Assembly (NCBI GenBank): GCA_963809485.1
Contig: CAWEJX010000020.1
Span: forward strand, 544,001 to 608,000
DNA from: an uncultured Acidobacteriota bacterium
Lineage (GTDB): Bacteria > Acidobacteriota > UBA6911
Direction of reading: 5' to 3'
Length of the DNA: 64,000 bases
Below, in pieces: positions 1-10,433 of the stretch. The position numbers and the translations under genes were made by a program. Position 1 is the stretch's first letter, and each line of letters opens with the position of its first letter. The notes under the pieces were generated by a model. It did not search any database. It worked only from the letters and a program-made list of their open reading frames with translations, and was not told the origin of the DNA.

Positions 1-9
1 GCAGTAATT

Positions 10-1566
10 TTGATGCTCCTTCTGGCTGTCTGCGGCTATGCGGACGGATACCTTCGGCAACCCGCCATCGACGTGGTCCACTACGACCTTTCCCTGGAAC
101 TGACTGACACATCCGATTCCATCGCCGGGACGGCCCGCCTGCTCATCCGCATGCGTGATGCGGGCGTGCCGGGCATGTGGCTCGATTTCGCAGATATGGA
201 GATCGACCGGGTCCGTGTCCGGGGAGTCGAAACCCGCTTCACATACGGCAACGGCCGCCTGTCCTTCGACTTCGGCCGGCCCTGCTCCAGGGACGAAATT
301 GTCGTGGTCGAGGTTCAATACCACGGCAAACCTTTCGGCGGAATGTTGTTCGGCAAAAACAGCTATGGCCGCAGGGTCATCTTTGCAAACAACTGGCCCG
401 ATCAGGCCCACCACTGGTTCCCCTCGGTGGACCACCCTTCGGACAAGGCCACGGCCGAAATCGCCATAACGGCCCCGGAGAAATACAGTGTCGTATCCAA
501 TGGGCGCCTCGTACAGAAAGAATCCCTGCTCGATGGACGCCGGCTAACCCGATGGAGGGAAGGCAAGGACATTCCCGCCTACTCGATTACCATCGGTGTC
601 GCCGAATTTTCGATCCTGCACCAGCCGGAAATGAACGGCGTGCCCGTGGACTGGTACGCCTATCCCCAGGACGCGGAGACGGCCGCGCGCAAGTTCGCCC
701 GGACAGCCCTTGCCCTGTCCTACTTCACCGGCTTGATCGGCCCCTACCCTTACGAAAAGCTGGCCCAGGTTCAAGCCACCATAGGACCGGGCGCGATGGA
801 GAATGCCAGTGCAATTTTCTATGATGAATCGCTTTTCCGGGGCGTGCCCTTGGCGGAGAATCCCGTGCCCCACGAAATCGCCCATCAGTGGTTCGGCAAT
901 TCCCTTTCAGTGAACGATTGGGATCAGCTCTGGCTGAGCGAGGGTTTTGCCACATATTTCGAGGCGCTGTTCTATGAGCATCTCAATGGTCCGGAAGCTC
1001 TGAAACAGGCGATGGCAGCCTACTTTCAGGCAATCGGCAAGTACGATCACTCCGCGCCGATTGTGGATCCCGGCCTCAAGGATTTGATGAAGAAACTGAA
1101 CCCCCTGAATTATCAAAAGGGAGCTTGGGTGCTTCATATGCTTCGCGGCATGCTGGGAGACGCCAAGTTTTTTGAAGGAATCCGCCGGTACTACGCGCTG
1201 CACGAGGGAGGCAACGTCTCGACCGAAGACTTCCAGAATGTGATGGAATCTGTGAGCGGGACGAAACTCAGTGCCTTTTTCCGGCAATGGCTGTACCAGG
1301 GGGGGTGGCCTGAGTACCGTGTCGTCTGGCGATGGAATCAGGCCGCGGGCAAGGCTGAGGTCGATGTGAAGCAGACGCAATCGACGGGGCTTTTCGATAT
1401 GCCCCTGAGCCTCGTTTTCTCCGAAGGATCCCGCCGGGAGTTGCGAAGCATCCGTGTTTCGAATCAGGAGCAGACTTTCCGCATTGCGCTGCCTTTCAAG
1501 CCCTCATCCCTGGAAGTTGACCCTGACGGATGGGTGATGAAATCCCTATCCATCGGAAACAGGTAG
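10..1566 (+). CDS. M1 family (aminopeptidase N-like) zinc metallopeptidase, probably exported; may start upstream of window
   Basis: GAMEN and HEIAH...E motifs, YQKGAWVLHMLR segment, hydrophobic N-terminus. Confidence 0.9.
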   Translation: MMLLLAVCGYADGYLRQPAIDVVHYDLSLELTDTSDSIAGTARLLIRMRDAGVPGMWLDFADMEIDRVRVRGVETRFTYGNGRLSFDFGRPCSRDEIVVVEVQYHGKPFGGMLFGKNSYGRRVIFANNWPDQAHHWFPSVDHPSDKATAEIAITAPEKYSVVSNGRLVQKESLLDGRRLTRWREGKDIPAYSITIGVAEFSILHQPEMNGVPVDWYAYPQDAETAARKFARTALALSYFTGLIGPYPYEKLAQVQATIGPGAMENASAIFYDESLFRGVPLAENPVPHEIAHQWFGNSLSVNDWDQLWLSEGFATYFEALFYEHLNGPEALKQAMAAYFQAIGKYDHSAPIVDPGLKDLMKKLNPLNYQKGAWVLHMLRGMLGDAKFFEGIRRYYALHEGGNVSTEDFQNVMESVSGTKLSAFFRQWLYQGGWPEYRVVWRWNQAAGKAEVDVKQTQSTGLFDMPLSLVFSEGSRRELRSIRVSNQEQTFRIALPFKPSSLEVDPDGWVMKSLSIGNR

Positions 1567-1774
1567 GCGCTGACCGAAATCCGCAGATATCAGGCCAAAA
1601 TGCGCCGGCCGTTCCGGCAGGATATCAGACCTTCAGACGGCTTTCTTCCTGATTTCAATTCACGAATATAAAAAAGGATCATTCAGAGGGGATTAAAGAA
1701 GGCACACGTATATTTCTCAGTGGAGAAATGCGATGTATCCGATCCTGCCGTGCTGCCTTTTACAGCAAATGCAC

Positions 1775-1803
1775 GGAGGTTCCGGCTGGGCGCCGGAACC
1801 TCC
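1775..1803. terminator. Hairpin between convergent peptidase and csp genes
   Basis: GGAGGTTCCGGC-TGGGC-GCCGGAACCTCC perfect 12-bp stem 15 nt past csp stop. Confidence 0.6.
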
Positions 1804-1818
1804 CCATGGGAAATCAGC

Positions 1819-2022
1819 CTAGAGTTTCACAACATCCTGGGCCTGGTACCCCTTCGGCCCTTTTGCCACGTTGAATTCCACGTGATCGCCTTCGTTCAAC
1901 GACTTGAAACCACTGGCCTGGATAGCGGAATGGTGCACGAAAACATCATCCCCGGAATCGCGCCGGATAAATCCGTAGCCTTTTTCATTGTTAAACCACT
2001 TAACTACGCCTTGTTCTTTCAT
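1819..2022 (-). CDS. cspA: Cold-shock protein (CspA family)
   Basis: [13 protein letters not shown] (RNP1), DVFVHHSAI (RNP2), 67 aa. Confidence 0.95.
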   Translation of the reverse strand: MKEQGVVKWFNNEKGYGFIRRDSGDDVFVHHSAIQASGFKSLNEGDHVEFNVAKGPKGYQAQDVVKL

Positions 2023-2203
2023 TTTTCCTCTTCTTTGTTAATTACATCAAATCCTGCGCGAAGCGCAGAGACTCTAATCCTGTCTGTTTTCGTTCCATTC
2101 GAGACCCACGGGGGATCGAAACCAAATGGTGGAGATGTTTCCACATCCAGACTCTACGGACCCTTTTCTTTTCAGGTATATACCTTGATTGAGGTCGCCC
2201 ACG

Positions 2204-2232
2204 AATATACACGTAACTTCTTCAAAAAGCAA
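2204..2232 (-). promoter_or_regulatory. sigma70 promoter for csp, giving a long (about 175 nt) 5' UTR
   Basis: TTGCTT-N17-TATATT on minus strand. Confidence 0.6.
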
Positions 2233-2390
2233 TATCTACAAAAATTTTCCGGGGACAGTCGAGGCAGCCGCCCGTTCGCGAAAGAGAATCGCTTCACGCC
2301 TGGCGTCAGCATTTCATTTTTGTCGGCATTGCGAACTCCGGAACCGAATGACGGCATTGTTTTCCCGGCCAATTTGGATTTGCCGGTGAA

Positions 2391-2747
2391 TCAGGCTTCG
2401 AAAGCATCCGGAGGCGATATCATATCGGGCGGTTCTTCCAGACCTCGGGGCAGGCACTGGGAACACGGGCAAAGCTTGCGCAGATAATCGAAAGTATAGA
2501 TGCCGGATTTGTGGCCGTCGCTCCAGCCAAATTGCAGAGCATAATTGCCCACGGGTTCGACACTGACACGTTCCAGACTGGAAGGGATGCTCCCATGGGC
2601 CACTTTCCGCTCCCCGGTAAATTCCTCAACGCAATCGGCGCACTGGCAATTTTCCCGCAAATACCATGAGGGGTAAGAGCTGACATGACCGTCATTCCAG
2701 ATAATGTCGGTCTGCTTCGGACTGACGCGCTTAACGCGTGAGGGCAT
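2391..2747 (-). CDS. DUF971 / gamma-butyrobetaine hydroxylase-like N-terminal domain protein
   Basis: YLRENCQCADC, VGNYAL, WSDGHKSGIYTFDYLR motifs. Confidence 0.85.
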   Translation of the reverse strand: MPSRVKRVSPKQTDIIWNDGHVSSYPSWYLRENCQCADCVEEFTGERKVAHGSIPSSLERVSVEPVGNYALQFGWSDGHKSGIYTFDYLRKLCPCSQCLPRGLEEPPDMISPPDAFEA

Positions 2748-2814
2748 AAGATATGGCAAATGAACCTCCTTTTCCCGCTTTCTTAACAACGCGGCGAATC
2801 TCTTAAACCAGACT

Positions 2815-4632
2815 CTACCGGCGGAGGGTTTCTCCAACGCGATCGAGCGCCCGGTTCATCTTGTCGAGGAAAACATCCTTCGGCTCGAAACCGTTCCCGC
2901 GCAGATCCGGCATTTCCTGCCCATTGGGATCCAAAAACACAAGCGTCGGCACACCCCGGACCTGGTATTTGCTTCTCAGAGCCTCCGTCCGCGGATCTTC
3001 CTCGGAAGTGAGATCTACCTTAAGCATCACAAATTGCCTCGACCGTTCCACAACCTCGGGCGCTGCGAATGTGTGTTTATCGAGTTCCTTACACGGAGCG
3101 CACCAGTCTGCGTAAAAATCGATGAAAACGGGCTTCCCTTCACTGGAAGCGCGGCGCAGCTGTTCTTCCGAGTAGGGCAACCATTCTATAGCGCTGCCGA
3201 GGTTCTTTCCGCCGGGCTGAATGGCCGGTCTCTCCATTTGCTGAATGCCGGTCACCGCGGCGTAAAGAGCAATGGCAAAGAAAACGATGCCGACCACATT
3301 CCGCAGGATCTGGAATGCCTTGCCTGCGGCCTCGACGGGATCGATCCACGCCAGATAGATGCCGGCCAGAAGCATGATCAGGGCAAGGGTCAGCTGGTAG
3401 GCCAGTAAGCTGGGGAAAAGAGTTTTGAGAAAAAACGCGGCCATGGCCAGCAGTATGAATCCGAAGATTTTACGCACCCAAACCATCCAGGCACCCGAGC
3501 GCGGCAGCCGGCGGATGCTCCCTGAAAATGCCCCGAGGATGAGAAAGGGGAGTCCAAGTCCGAGCGCCAGAACAAAAAAGAGCGAGAAGCCCAGGACTGC
3601 GTTCCCTTTGTTGCCCACATAAGTCAGGAGCCCCAGGACGAATGGCCCTATGCACGGCGCGGCGACGATTCCCACCGTCAGGCCCATGAGAAAGGTGCCG
3701 CCGAGGCCCTTCTGAGAGCCGCCGGCCAGGCGGTTCAGGAACGCAGGCAGCCGCAATTCATAAAGGTCGAACATGCTCAATGCCAGCAGCACCATCACGA
3801 GGGCTATGGCAATTAGCACCGGCGGATGCTGGAACGCGGCGCCAAAAAGCCCTCCGGTCATTGCGGCAACCACTCCCAGGGCTGAGTATGTCCCCGCCAT
3901 GCCGATGACATAGAGCAGCGCATGCAAAAAGATGCTTCCCTTTTTCCCCTGCGCCTGCCCTCCGAAATAGCTGATCGTGATCGGGATCATCGGGTAAACG
4001 CACGGCGTCAGGTTCAGCGCCAGGCCACCGAGGAACACCAGCAAAAAGGTTGCCAAAATTCCCCGGTCATCAAAATTCACGGGCGCCGATGCTGCAGCGC
4101 CTCCTTCTGTTCTCTGCGGAACAGAGAGCGGTGCGCTGCCCGCTCCGGTGGCTGCCCCGCCGGCGGGCAAATCAAGGCTGAAACTCAGATAGGCCGGTGG
4201 AAGGCAAGCAAAATTGTCACAAGCCTGGTAGCGGACTCTGCCTTTGATGGAGACCGTCTCTGCCGCCAGATCCGCAGCCGGAACAATTTCCACCGATATC
4301 CGGACAATACCTTCGTAAACGGACATGGGCGTTTCGGAAAACGGCAGTTTTATTTCGGGCGCGTCAGGAAAAACGGGCTTGCCGAATGTGACGCGAGGAT
4401 TGGGCCCAAATTCCAGGGTCGTTGGAATGAGAAAATCCTCCAAGGGCCGATCGGAATTAATGTGATAGGGGCTGGCTATGGTGAGCTCAACCGTCAGGGT
4501 TGCCGGCTTTCCCGGCGCCAGAGGTTCGGCGGGTGCGATGGCCCGGACAGATACAGCCGGAACTGTCTTCGCGGCAGAATTACCCACACCCAGAACCAAT
4601 ACAAACAGAATGGCGGCAAGTATTTGTTTCAT
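2815..4632 (-). CDS. dsbD: Thiol:disulfide interchange protein DsbD
   Basis: N-terminal QACDNFAC, TM domain LTPCVYPMIP / AAPCIGP, C-terminal thioredoxin WCAPC. Confidence 0.92.
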   Translation of the reverse strand: MKQILAAILFVLVLGVGNSAAKTVPAVSVRAIAPAEPLAPGKPATLTVELTIASPYHINSDRPLEDFLIPTTLEFGPNPRVTFGKPVFPDAPEIKLPFSETPMSVYEGIVRISVEIVPAADLAAETVSIKGRVRYQACDNFACLPPAYLSFSLDLPAGGAATGAGSAPLSVPQRTEGGAAASAPVNFDDRGILATFLLVFLGGLALNLTPCVYPMIPITISYFGGQAQGKKGSIFLHALLYVIGMAGTYSALGVVAAMTGGLFGAAFQHPPVLIAIALVMVLLALSMFDLYELRLPAFLNRLAGGSQKGLGGTFLMGLTVGIVAAPCIGPFVLGLLTYVGNKGNAVLGFSLFFVLALGLGLPFLILGAFSGSIRRLPRSGAWMVWVRKIFGFILLAMAAFFLKTLFPSLLAYQLTLALIMLLAGIYLAWIDPVEAAGKAFQILRNVVGIVFFAIALYAAVTGIQQMERPAIQPGGKNLGSAIEWLPYSEEQLRRASSEGKPVFIDFYADWCAPCKELDKHTFAAPEVVERSRQFVMLKVDLTSEEDPRTEALRSKYQVRGVPTLVFLDPNGQEMPDLRGNGFEPKDVFLDKMNRALDRVGETLRR

Positions 4633-4674
4633 GGCTGGCAATTATAGCGAAAATAATCTTCCCGTTGGGTGATT

Positions 4675-4876
4675 TCATCCGCAGAGCCAACAACCTCCGA
4701 TTTTGGAGGCTTGACTGCATAAAGCCTAAAGCATTTGGATAGGCTCCGCGGGCAAGGGTTGTGCTGACCTTTGTCTTTGGCATCGGTGTTTGTCAGCGTT
4801 TTATCAGCGTCGGTCAGCGTTCAATAATCCCGGAACTGTCTGGCTCTGTTAGTACCCCAGCAAAGATGTGGGATTA
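4675..4876 (+). repeat. Highly diverged relative of the palindromic MITE-like element
   Basis: CCTCCGA-TTT-TGGAGGCTTGA hairpin, GTTTGTCAGCGTTTTATCAGCG core, GGAACTGTC..GTACCCCAGCAAAG end. Confidence 0.5.
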
Positions 4877-4908
4877 TGGATATATTTAATAGAGACGGCC
4901 TTCCCGGA

Positions 4909-6042
4909 TCAGGTAAGCACAAAGACGATGATCATGAAAATTACGATGATGGCCTGACCCAGCCTGACTCTGTCGGGATATTTCTTTTTCAGATCGTGCC
5001 AGCGCCTGGCGAGGTAAAGCATAAAAATAATGATGAGCAGGCTCATGAGAAAGCAGCCTGCGTATCCGGATTGAAGCCCGAGGACCGCCCCCAGCAGTGT
5101 CCCCCTCAGGAGAGCGAAGATGATCCAGAGATGGACACCGTAAACCAGGAGGGATTCCTGGCCTGCCAGCTGAACCGGCTTGGGGACATTTTTCCCGCGG
5201 GTTTCCAGAACGTAAAGCAGTGCACAGACAAGCAGAACGCATCCCAGCCTTATGATGAGGTAAAGCGGGCTTGTGGTGTAGAAGTCCGACTTGCCGGGGA
5301 GCGTGTATTCGGAATTGCGCAGCAATAGGCCCGCCAGAATCATTCCGCTCCCCAGGCAGGCGATGCTCCACATGTAAAGCCGGGTTTTGCGCGCTTCCAC
5401 CGACCGCAGAAAAAAACAGGCGGCACAACTCCCGGCAAGCAGGAAGCACGTCCACGGGAAAACGGGAAAAAGCGAAATCCCGTGAGGATTCAGATATAAA
5501 GCGAGCGAAAGCGGAAGTGAACTTCTGAAATCCTGAGCCCACATCCACGGAGTCACAAGGGCCATCGCGATCGCCAGAAGCCCTGTCCCCCAGGGAAGCA
5601 ATCCCTTGCGGCGCAGGATGAATATGAGCAACAGTACAAGGAGCAGCGAGAACACGATGCACTGCAGGATATCAACCCGAAGCGCCCTGGCCCAGAAGGT
5701 ATAGTCGTTCCAGTTCTTCAAATACCTGCGCAGGCCGAAACCCTGCAGGTGCGTGTAATATGCCACGAGCAAAATAAAGCCGATGCGGCGCATCTGTCTC
5801 CAAAACGGCGCGCGAAAGTGCAGCCAGTTATCCCATTGATGGTTACTCTGCAGGACCAGGGAAAATCCGGACGCGAACAAGAAGGCGGGGGCAACCAGTC
5901 CGTTTGTGAAAGCAAGATAGAAAAAGAATGTGGAGCCTTTCCTCAAAGCCAGCGGCAGATACGCATTGACCACGTGGGTCTCGATCATCAACACCAGCGC
6001 AAAGCCCCTCAGCAGGTCTATGAATCCATACCGCTGCGCCAT
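4909..6042 (-). CDS. DUF1624 / heparan-alpha-glucosaminide N-acetyltransferase-like membrane protein
   Basis: IDLLRGFALVLMIETH, DILQCI, FPVFPW, SLLVYGVH; multiple TM segments. Confidence 0.8.
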   Translation of the reverse strand: MAQRYGFIDLLRGFALVLMIETHVVNAYLPLALRKGSTFFFYLAFTNGLVAPAFLFASGFSLVLQSNHQWDNWLHFRAPFWRQMRRIGFILLVAYYTHLQGFGLRRYLKNWNDYTFWARALRVDILQCIVFSLLLVLLLIFILRRKGLLPWGTGLLAIAMALVTPWMWAQDFRSSLPLSLALYLNPHGISLFPVFPWTCFLLAGSCAACFFLRSVEARKTRLYMWSIACLGSGMILAGLLLRNSEYTLPGKSDFYTTSPLYLIIRLGCVLLVCALLYVLETRGKNVPKPVQLAGQESLLVYGVHLWIIFALLRGTLLGAVLGLQSGYAGCFLMSLLIIIFMLYLARRWHDLKKKYPDRVRLGQAIIVIFMIIVFVLT

Positions 6043-6173
6043 TCGATGCTCCCGATAATCCGGCCTGGAAACAGGAAGCCACAAATTAACACGAATTCCC
6101 CTGATCCGGATTCGGAATCCGTAAAATTCGTGGAATTCGCTGCCGCATTTGGCTATTTTTTATTGGAAAACAA

Positions 6174-7250
6174 ATGAGCAAACTGCCGATTCGCGAAAAT
6201 GTTCCACTTGCGCCATACACAACCCTGGGAATCGGGGGTCCCGCTCGTTTTCTGGTTGAGGCGGACAGTGAAGAAAAGATAGAGCAGGCTCTGGATTTTT
6301 GCCTCTCCCGCAGTTGTCCGCTGTTTGTCCTGGGAGGAGGAAGCAACATTGTGGTCGCCGACTCCGGCTTCCCGGGATTGGCGCTGAAAATCAGCCTCCG
6401 GGGCATTCAGCCGGTCGATGACGAAGACCGCGGAAGAATCGAGGCCGGTGCGGGAGAAAGCTGGGACGCTTTTGTGCAGCACTGCGTGAGTCGGGAACTT
6501 GCAGGTCTGGAATGCCTCAGCGGCATCCCGGGAACTGTCGGCGGGGCTCCCATACAGAATATCGGCGCATACGGCGAGGAAGCCGGCGAAGTGATCCTCT
6601 CGATACGGGTTTTCGACCGGGAAGCCCTTCGGGTCACCGAGCTGAGCAATGCCGCGTGCCGGTTCAGTTACCGGTCCAGCATTTTCAACACAACCCACGA
6701 AAACCGCTACATCATCCTGAAAGCCGCTTTTGCCCTGCGCCCATACGGCTATGCCCGGATCCACTACAAGGATCTGCAGCAATGCTTTTGGGGACGCACG
6801 CATAATCCATCCCTGGGCGAGGTGCGCGAGGCGGTTCTGCGGATCCGCAAAGCAAAGGCCATGGTCGTAAGCAAGGACGATCCCGATTCGAAAAGCGTCG
6901 GATCCTTCTTTAAAAATCCCGTCCTGAGCCCCGAGGAAGCCATTAAGCTTGAAGATTTGGCACGCGCCGCCGTTAGCCTGGCCGATTCGGAGGGCATCCC
7001 GCGCTTCCCCGCACCCGAAGGCAAGGTAAAGCTTCCGGCAGCCTGGTTTGTCGAGCACGCCGGATTCCACAAAGGGTACCAATACGGAAATGCGGGCATT
7101 TCCAGCAAGCATGCGCTGGCGATCGTTAACCGCGGCGGGGCGACCGCCCAGGACATCGTCGACATGATGCACAGGATCCAGAGCCGCGTCCGGGAACTGT
7201 TCGGCATAGAACTCAAGCCGGAGCCCGTTCTTATAGGATTCAGCAAATAG
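6174..7250 (+). CDS. murB: UDP-N-acetylenolpyruvoylglucosamine reductase
   Basis: LGGGSN, GIPGTVGGAPIQNIGAYG, GSFFKNP, KHALAIVN. Confidence 0.96.
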   Translation: MSKLPIRENVPLAPYTTLGIGGPARFLVEADSEEKIEQALDFCLSRSCPLFVLGGGSNIVVADSGFPGLALKISLRGIQPVDDEDRGRIEAGAGESWDAFVQHCVSRELAGLECLSGIPGTVGGAPIQNIGAYGEEAGEVILSIRVFDREALRVTELSNAACRFSYRSSIFNTTHENRYIILKAAFALRPYGYARIHYKDLQQCFWGRTHNPSLGEVREAVLRIRKAKAMVVSKDDPDSKSVGSFFKNPVLSPEEAIKLEDLARAAVSLADSEGIPRFPAPEGKVKLPAAWFVEHAGFHKGYQYGNAGISSKHALAIVNRGGATAQDIVDMMHRIQSRVRELFGIELKPEPVLIGFSK

Positions 7251-7308
7251 CGAATCCCGCGATTGAATGGGGAGCTTATTCGGTTTAACATTTCCAGCAT
7301 AATAGGGG

Positions 7309-7710
7309 AGTCAGGTACCTCCGGCAAAGCCGGAGGCTTGAAAGATTTGAACCGCTCAAAGCGGTTAGAGGAGTTACGCCGGTCTTGAACGCTGAATTAC
7401 GCGGGCAAAAGCCGATGAGGCGCTTCCGATCCCCGCAGGGGCCAGCGCTCCGCGCTGGACAGTTTTCTGCGGCGGCACTGTGGCAAGCGCCGTGCGGCAA
7501 GGGGATGAAGGGTATGAGAAACCGGGCGTTTGCCACAGTGCCGCCGCAGAAAACTTCATCGGAAGCGCCTCATCGGCTTTTGCTCGCCGACCCTCGCCGA
7601 ACAAATCCGCGTTTGTCAGCGCTTTTATCAGCGTTTCTCAGCGTTTCAAAATACGGAGCTGTCAAACTCTTTGAGTCCCCCGGCAGAGCCGGGGGTTTGC
7701 CAATGTAATT
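7309..7710 (+). mobile_element. Non-autonomous palindromic element (IS200/IS605-like ends), full-length copy A
   Basis: 402 bp; terminal hairpins CCTCCGGC-AAA-GCCGGAGG and CCCCCGGC-AGA-GCCGGGGG; near-identical to 37884-38285 and 43444-43845. Confidence 0.8.
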
Positions 7711-7742
7711 GTGGTGATTGCCCCTTTTTCCAGGAGGATGCA

Positions 7743-8345
7743 ATGAGCAAAGGTCTGCTTGGCTGTCTCGGAATCATCGTGATCGCAGCGATCGTTCTCG
7801 GCTTCATGGCCTACGGAACCTACAATGACCTTGTCGCCCAGCAGCAATCGGTCGACTCGCAGTGGGCCCAGGTTGAAAACGTTTACCAGCGGCGCGCGGA
7901 TTTGATCCCCAATCTTGTGGCGACCGTCAAGGGCTATGCGGCTCACGAGAGCCAGGTGTTTGAAGCGGTGACGGCCTCACGGGCCCAGGTAGGGACGATT
8001 AAGGTAACGCCCGAAATGCTCAACAACCCTGCGGAACTGCAGAAATTCGAGCAGGTGCAGTCCGGGCTGACCAGCGCGCTCTCACGCCTGATTGCCGTCG
8101 CGGAAAATTACCCGGATTTGAAGGCAAACCAGAATTTCCTCGATCTTCAAAGCCAGCTTGAAGGCACGGAAAACCGAATCACCGTGGAACGTAAACGATT
8201 CAACGAGGTGGCCCAGACCTACAACACCAGGGTTATGCAATTCCCGGCCAACATTTTCGCCCGGTTCTTCGGATTCCAAAAGAAGTCATACTTCCAGGCT
8301 GCGCCCGGAAGCGACCGGCCGCCAACGGTAGATTTCACCAAGTAG
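7743..8345 (+). CDS. lemA: LemA family protein
   Basis: YQRRADLIPNLV, ENYPDLKANQNF, LEGTENRI; RBS AGGAGG. Confidence 0.93.
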   Translation: MSKGLLGCLGIIVIAAIVLGFMAYGTYNDLVAQQQSVDSQWAQVENVYQRRADLIPNLVATVKGYAAHESQVFEAVTASRAQVGTIKVTPEMLNNPAELQKFEQVQSGLTSALSRLIAVAENYPDLKANQNFLDLQSQLEGTENRITVERKRFNEVAQTYNTRVMQFPANIFARFFGFQKKSYFQAAPGSDRPPTVDFTK

Positions 8346-8352
8346 GCTCACG

Positions 8353-9240
8353 ATGCTTCGATTTGCGATTGCTGCGGTATGGCTTTTTCTCCAGGTTGCC
8401 GGAGCGCAGGCGCTTGACGTCCCTAAACTCCGGGACCGGGTAACGGATCTGGCGGGAGTATTGACGCCCGATCAGATATCCAGCCTGGACACAAAGCTAA
8501 AGGAACTCGAGACAACCGATTCCACTCAGGTTGCCGTTTTGATCATCCCCAGTCTCGAAGGAGAGCCGCTGGAAGACTACTCGATGCGGGTCGCCGGCGA
8601 ATGGAAAATCGGGCAGAAAGGACGGGACAACGGCGCGATTCTCTTGATCGCCATGAAAGAGCGCCGGATCCGCATCGAGGTGGGATACGGGCTGGAACCG
8701 ACCCTGACCGACGCGCGCAGCTCGCAGATCTGGCGGAATGAAATCGTGCCGCGATTCCGCACAGGAGACTTTTATGGCGGGATCGATGCCGGAGTGACCG
8801 CGATCATCCAAACTGTGCGCGGCGTCTATCAACCGCCCCCGCAGCAATCTCGCCGTCCCTCCGGGGGCTTTTCAAACTTTCCCATCATCCTGCTGATACC
8901 GCTCTTCTGGATCCTGAGTTCCGCCGGGAAGTGGGGCGGCGCCTTGGTCGGTACGGCCGCAGGGGTGCTCCTTCCCTATACCCTGATCAGCCACAACTGG
9001 ATGCTTCTGCTTTTCGGCGGCGTGGCCGGCGGCTTCCTGGGTCTCCTTATGGGCTCGCTGATCCAGGCCGCAGCCAGGTCCGGGCGCGGCGGCAGAGGGG
9101 GATCCGGGCCTTTCGGCCCGGGAGGTTTCGGAGGACCCATTACCTGGGGCGGAGGACACGGGGGAGGCTTTGGAGGCGGAGGCGGCTTTTCGGGAGGAGG
9201 CGGTGGCTTCGGAGGAGGCGGCAGCTCGGGCAGCTGGTAG
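8353..9240 (+). CDS. TPM domain (YgcG-like) membrane protein with Gly-rich tail
   Basis: RVTDLAGVL, RIEVGYGLE, C-terminal GGGFSGGGGGFGGGGSSGSW. Confidence 0.9.
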   Translation: MLRFAIAAVWLFLQVAGAQALDVPKLRDRVTDLAGVLTPDQISSLDTKLKELETTDSTQVAVLIIPSLEGEPLEDYSMRVAGEWKIGQKGRDNGAILLIAMKERRIRIEVGYGLEPTLTDARSSQIWRNEIVPRFRTGDFYGGIDAGVTAIIQTVRGVYQPPPQQSRRPSGGFSNFPIILLIPLFWILSSAGKWGGALVGTAAGVLLPYTLISHNWMLLLFGGVAGGFLGLLMGSLIQAAARSGRGGRGGSGPFGPGGFGGPITWGGGHGGGFGGGGGFSGGGGGFGGGGSSGSW

Positions 9241-9299
9241 CGCTTCAAGCCCGAAGCAAAGCCGATCGAGATCAACCCCATCCGGCGAATGAGTAAACC

Positions 9300-9938
9300 A
9301 TGAGACCACTAAGCGACGAAGATAACAGGCGGATTGAGGAAGCCGTCAGGAAGGCGGAGGCTAAAACTTCGGGGGAGATTGTCGTTACGGTCGCCGATGC
9401 CTCGGGCAATTACGGTTCGGCCACTCTCCAGGGTGCGCTGATTGGTATGGCAATTGTAACAGCCGTCTTTCTGATGCTTCCCCTCCCGCACACGATGACC
9501 ACCCTCCTGTGGACGGAATTCATTTCCTTTGCCGTTTTTTATACGATCCTTCCCTATTTGCCCTGGCGGCGCTGGCTTATCTCAAAGCGCAAACTTGACG
9601 CCCGTGTCCGCGAAGCCGCTCTTATGCAGTTTTACTCCAGCGGGCTTTACCGAACCCGCGAATCCAACGGCGTGGAAATATACCTTTCGCAATTTGAGAG
9701 AGAAGTCGTGGTTATCGGCGACCGCGGAATCCATGAAAAAATGGGAGTTCAGCACTGGCATCAGGTACGGGACCTCATAATCAGCGGAATAAAGCAAGGA
9801 AACCTGTGCGGCGGCATCTGCGCGGCCGTTGAAAGCTGCGGGGAAGCGCTCGCAAAGCATTTCCCGCACAGGGCGGATGATGTCAATGAGCTGCCCGACA
9901 ACGTGATCCCGCGGCCCGTGAAGCCGGAAGCGTTGTAG
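9300..9938 (+). CDS. TPM domain-containing membrane protein
   Basis: AEAKTSGEIV, RTRESNGV, NELPD; typical lemA operon partner. Confidence 0.85.
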   Translation: MRPLSDEDNRRIEEAVRKAEAKTSGEIVVTVADASGNYGSATLQGALIGMAIVTAVFLMLPLPHTMTTLLWTEFISFAVFYTILPYLPWRRWLISKRKLDARVREAALMQFYSSGLYRTRESNGVEIYLSQFEREVVVIGDRGIHEKMGVQHWHQVRDLIISGIKQGNLCGGICAAVESCGEALAKHFPHRADDVNELPDNVIPRPVKPEAL

Positions 9939-9944
9939 CAGTGT

Positions 9945-9997
9945 TTAGGGATTAGGGATTAGGGATTAGGGATTAGGGATTAGGGATTAGGGATTAG
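9945..9997 (+). repeat. (TTAGGGA)7 + TTAG perfect heptamer array
   Basis: Seven perfect units read directly. Confidence 0.97.
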
Positions 9998-10053
9998 ATG
10001 GCTAAGCCCAATCCGCGGCATAGAGATGCGATTCGGGATGAAGCGGGGACGAT

Positions 10054-10284
10054 TCAGTTCTTGCAGCCGGCGCAGCTCGATGCATGGCATGAGGAGCAAC
10101 CGGAAGACATTGTATGCGTACTTCCGTCGCTGGAACGGGAGACACCGTTGAAGCTGGAAAACAATCTTTCGATTTCGCTGGACTGGCAGTCAGGGCAGCT
10201 TATCCCGTTTTCGGAAGATGCTCCAAACACGAGCTTTTCAAATTCAGAGTCGCATTTTAAGCACTTAAACTCAAATATAGGCAT
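10054..10284 (-). CDS. FmdB family zinc-ribbon protein
   Basis: MPIFEFKCLKC...CPDCQS, Cys-rich tail CSSC...CAGC. Confidence 0.88.
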   Translation of the reverse strand: MPIFEFKCLKCDSEFEKLVFGASSENGISCPDCQSSEIERLFSSFNGVSRSSDGSTHTMSSGCSSCHASSCAGCKN

Positions 10285-10433
10285 ATCACCCTCATCACCG
10301 TTTCATCTCACACCTTATCGTAGCCAATCTGGTCCAAGACTTCAAGCCGCCTGAAATTTCAATCGCCTATAACTAACTTGAACCAGATATTATCGAGACT
10401 TTTTCCGGCGATTGCCGCGCTGCTTTGCAGGAT

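Noticed and set aside
1720-2487. 255-aa plus-strand ORF over csp
   Set aside because: Antisense to a clear cold-shock gene and its leader; no recognisable motifs
7285-7742. Recurrent short ORFs (MNAELRGQK.., MASAVRQG.., MFGEGRR..) and N-terminal extensions of lemA and trpF
   Set aside because: They are translations of the palindromic repeat, open in several frames on both strands and broken in short copies
9080-9240. GGN low-complexity tract
   Set aside because: Encodes the usual Gly-rich tail of TPM/YgcG proteins
9945-9997. CRISPR array or eukaryotic telomere contamination
   Set aside because: Unit is 7 bp with no spacers, no cas genes, flanked by continuous bacterial genes and paired with an inverted array
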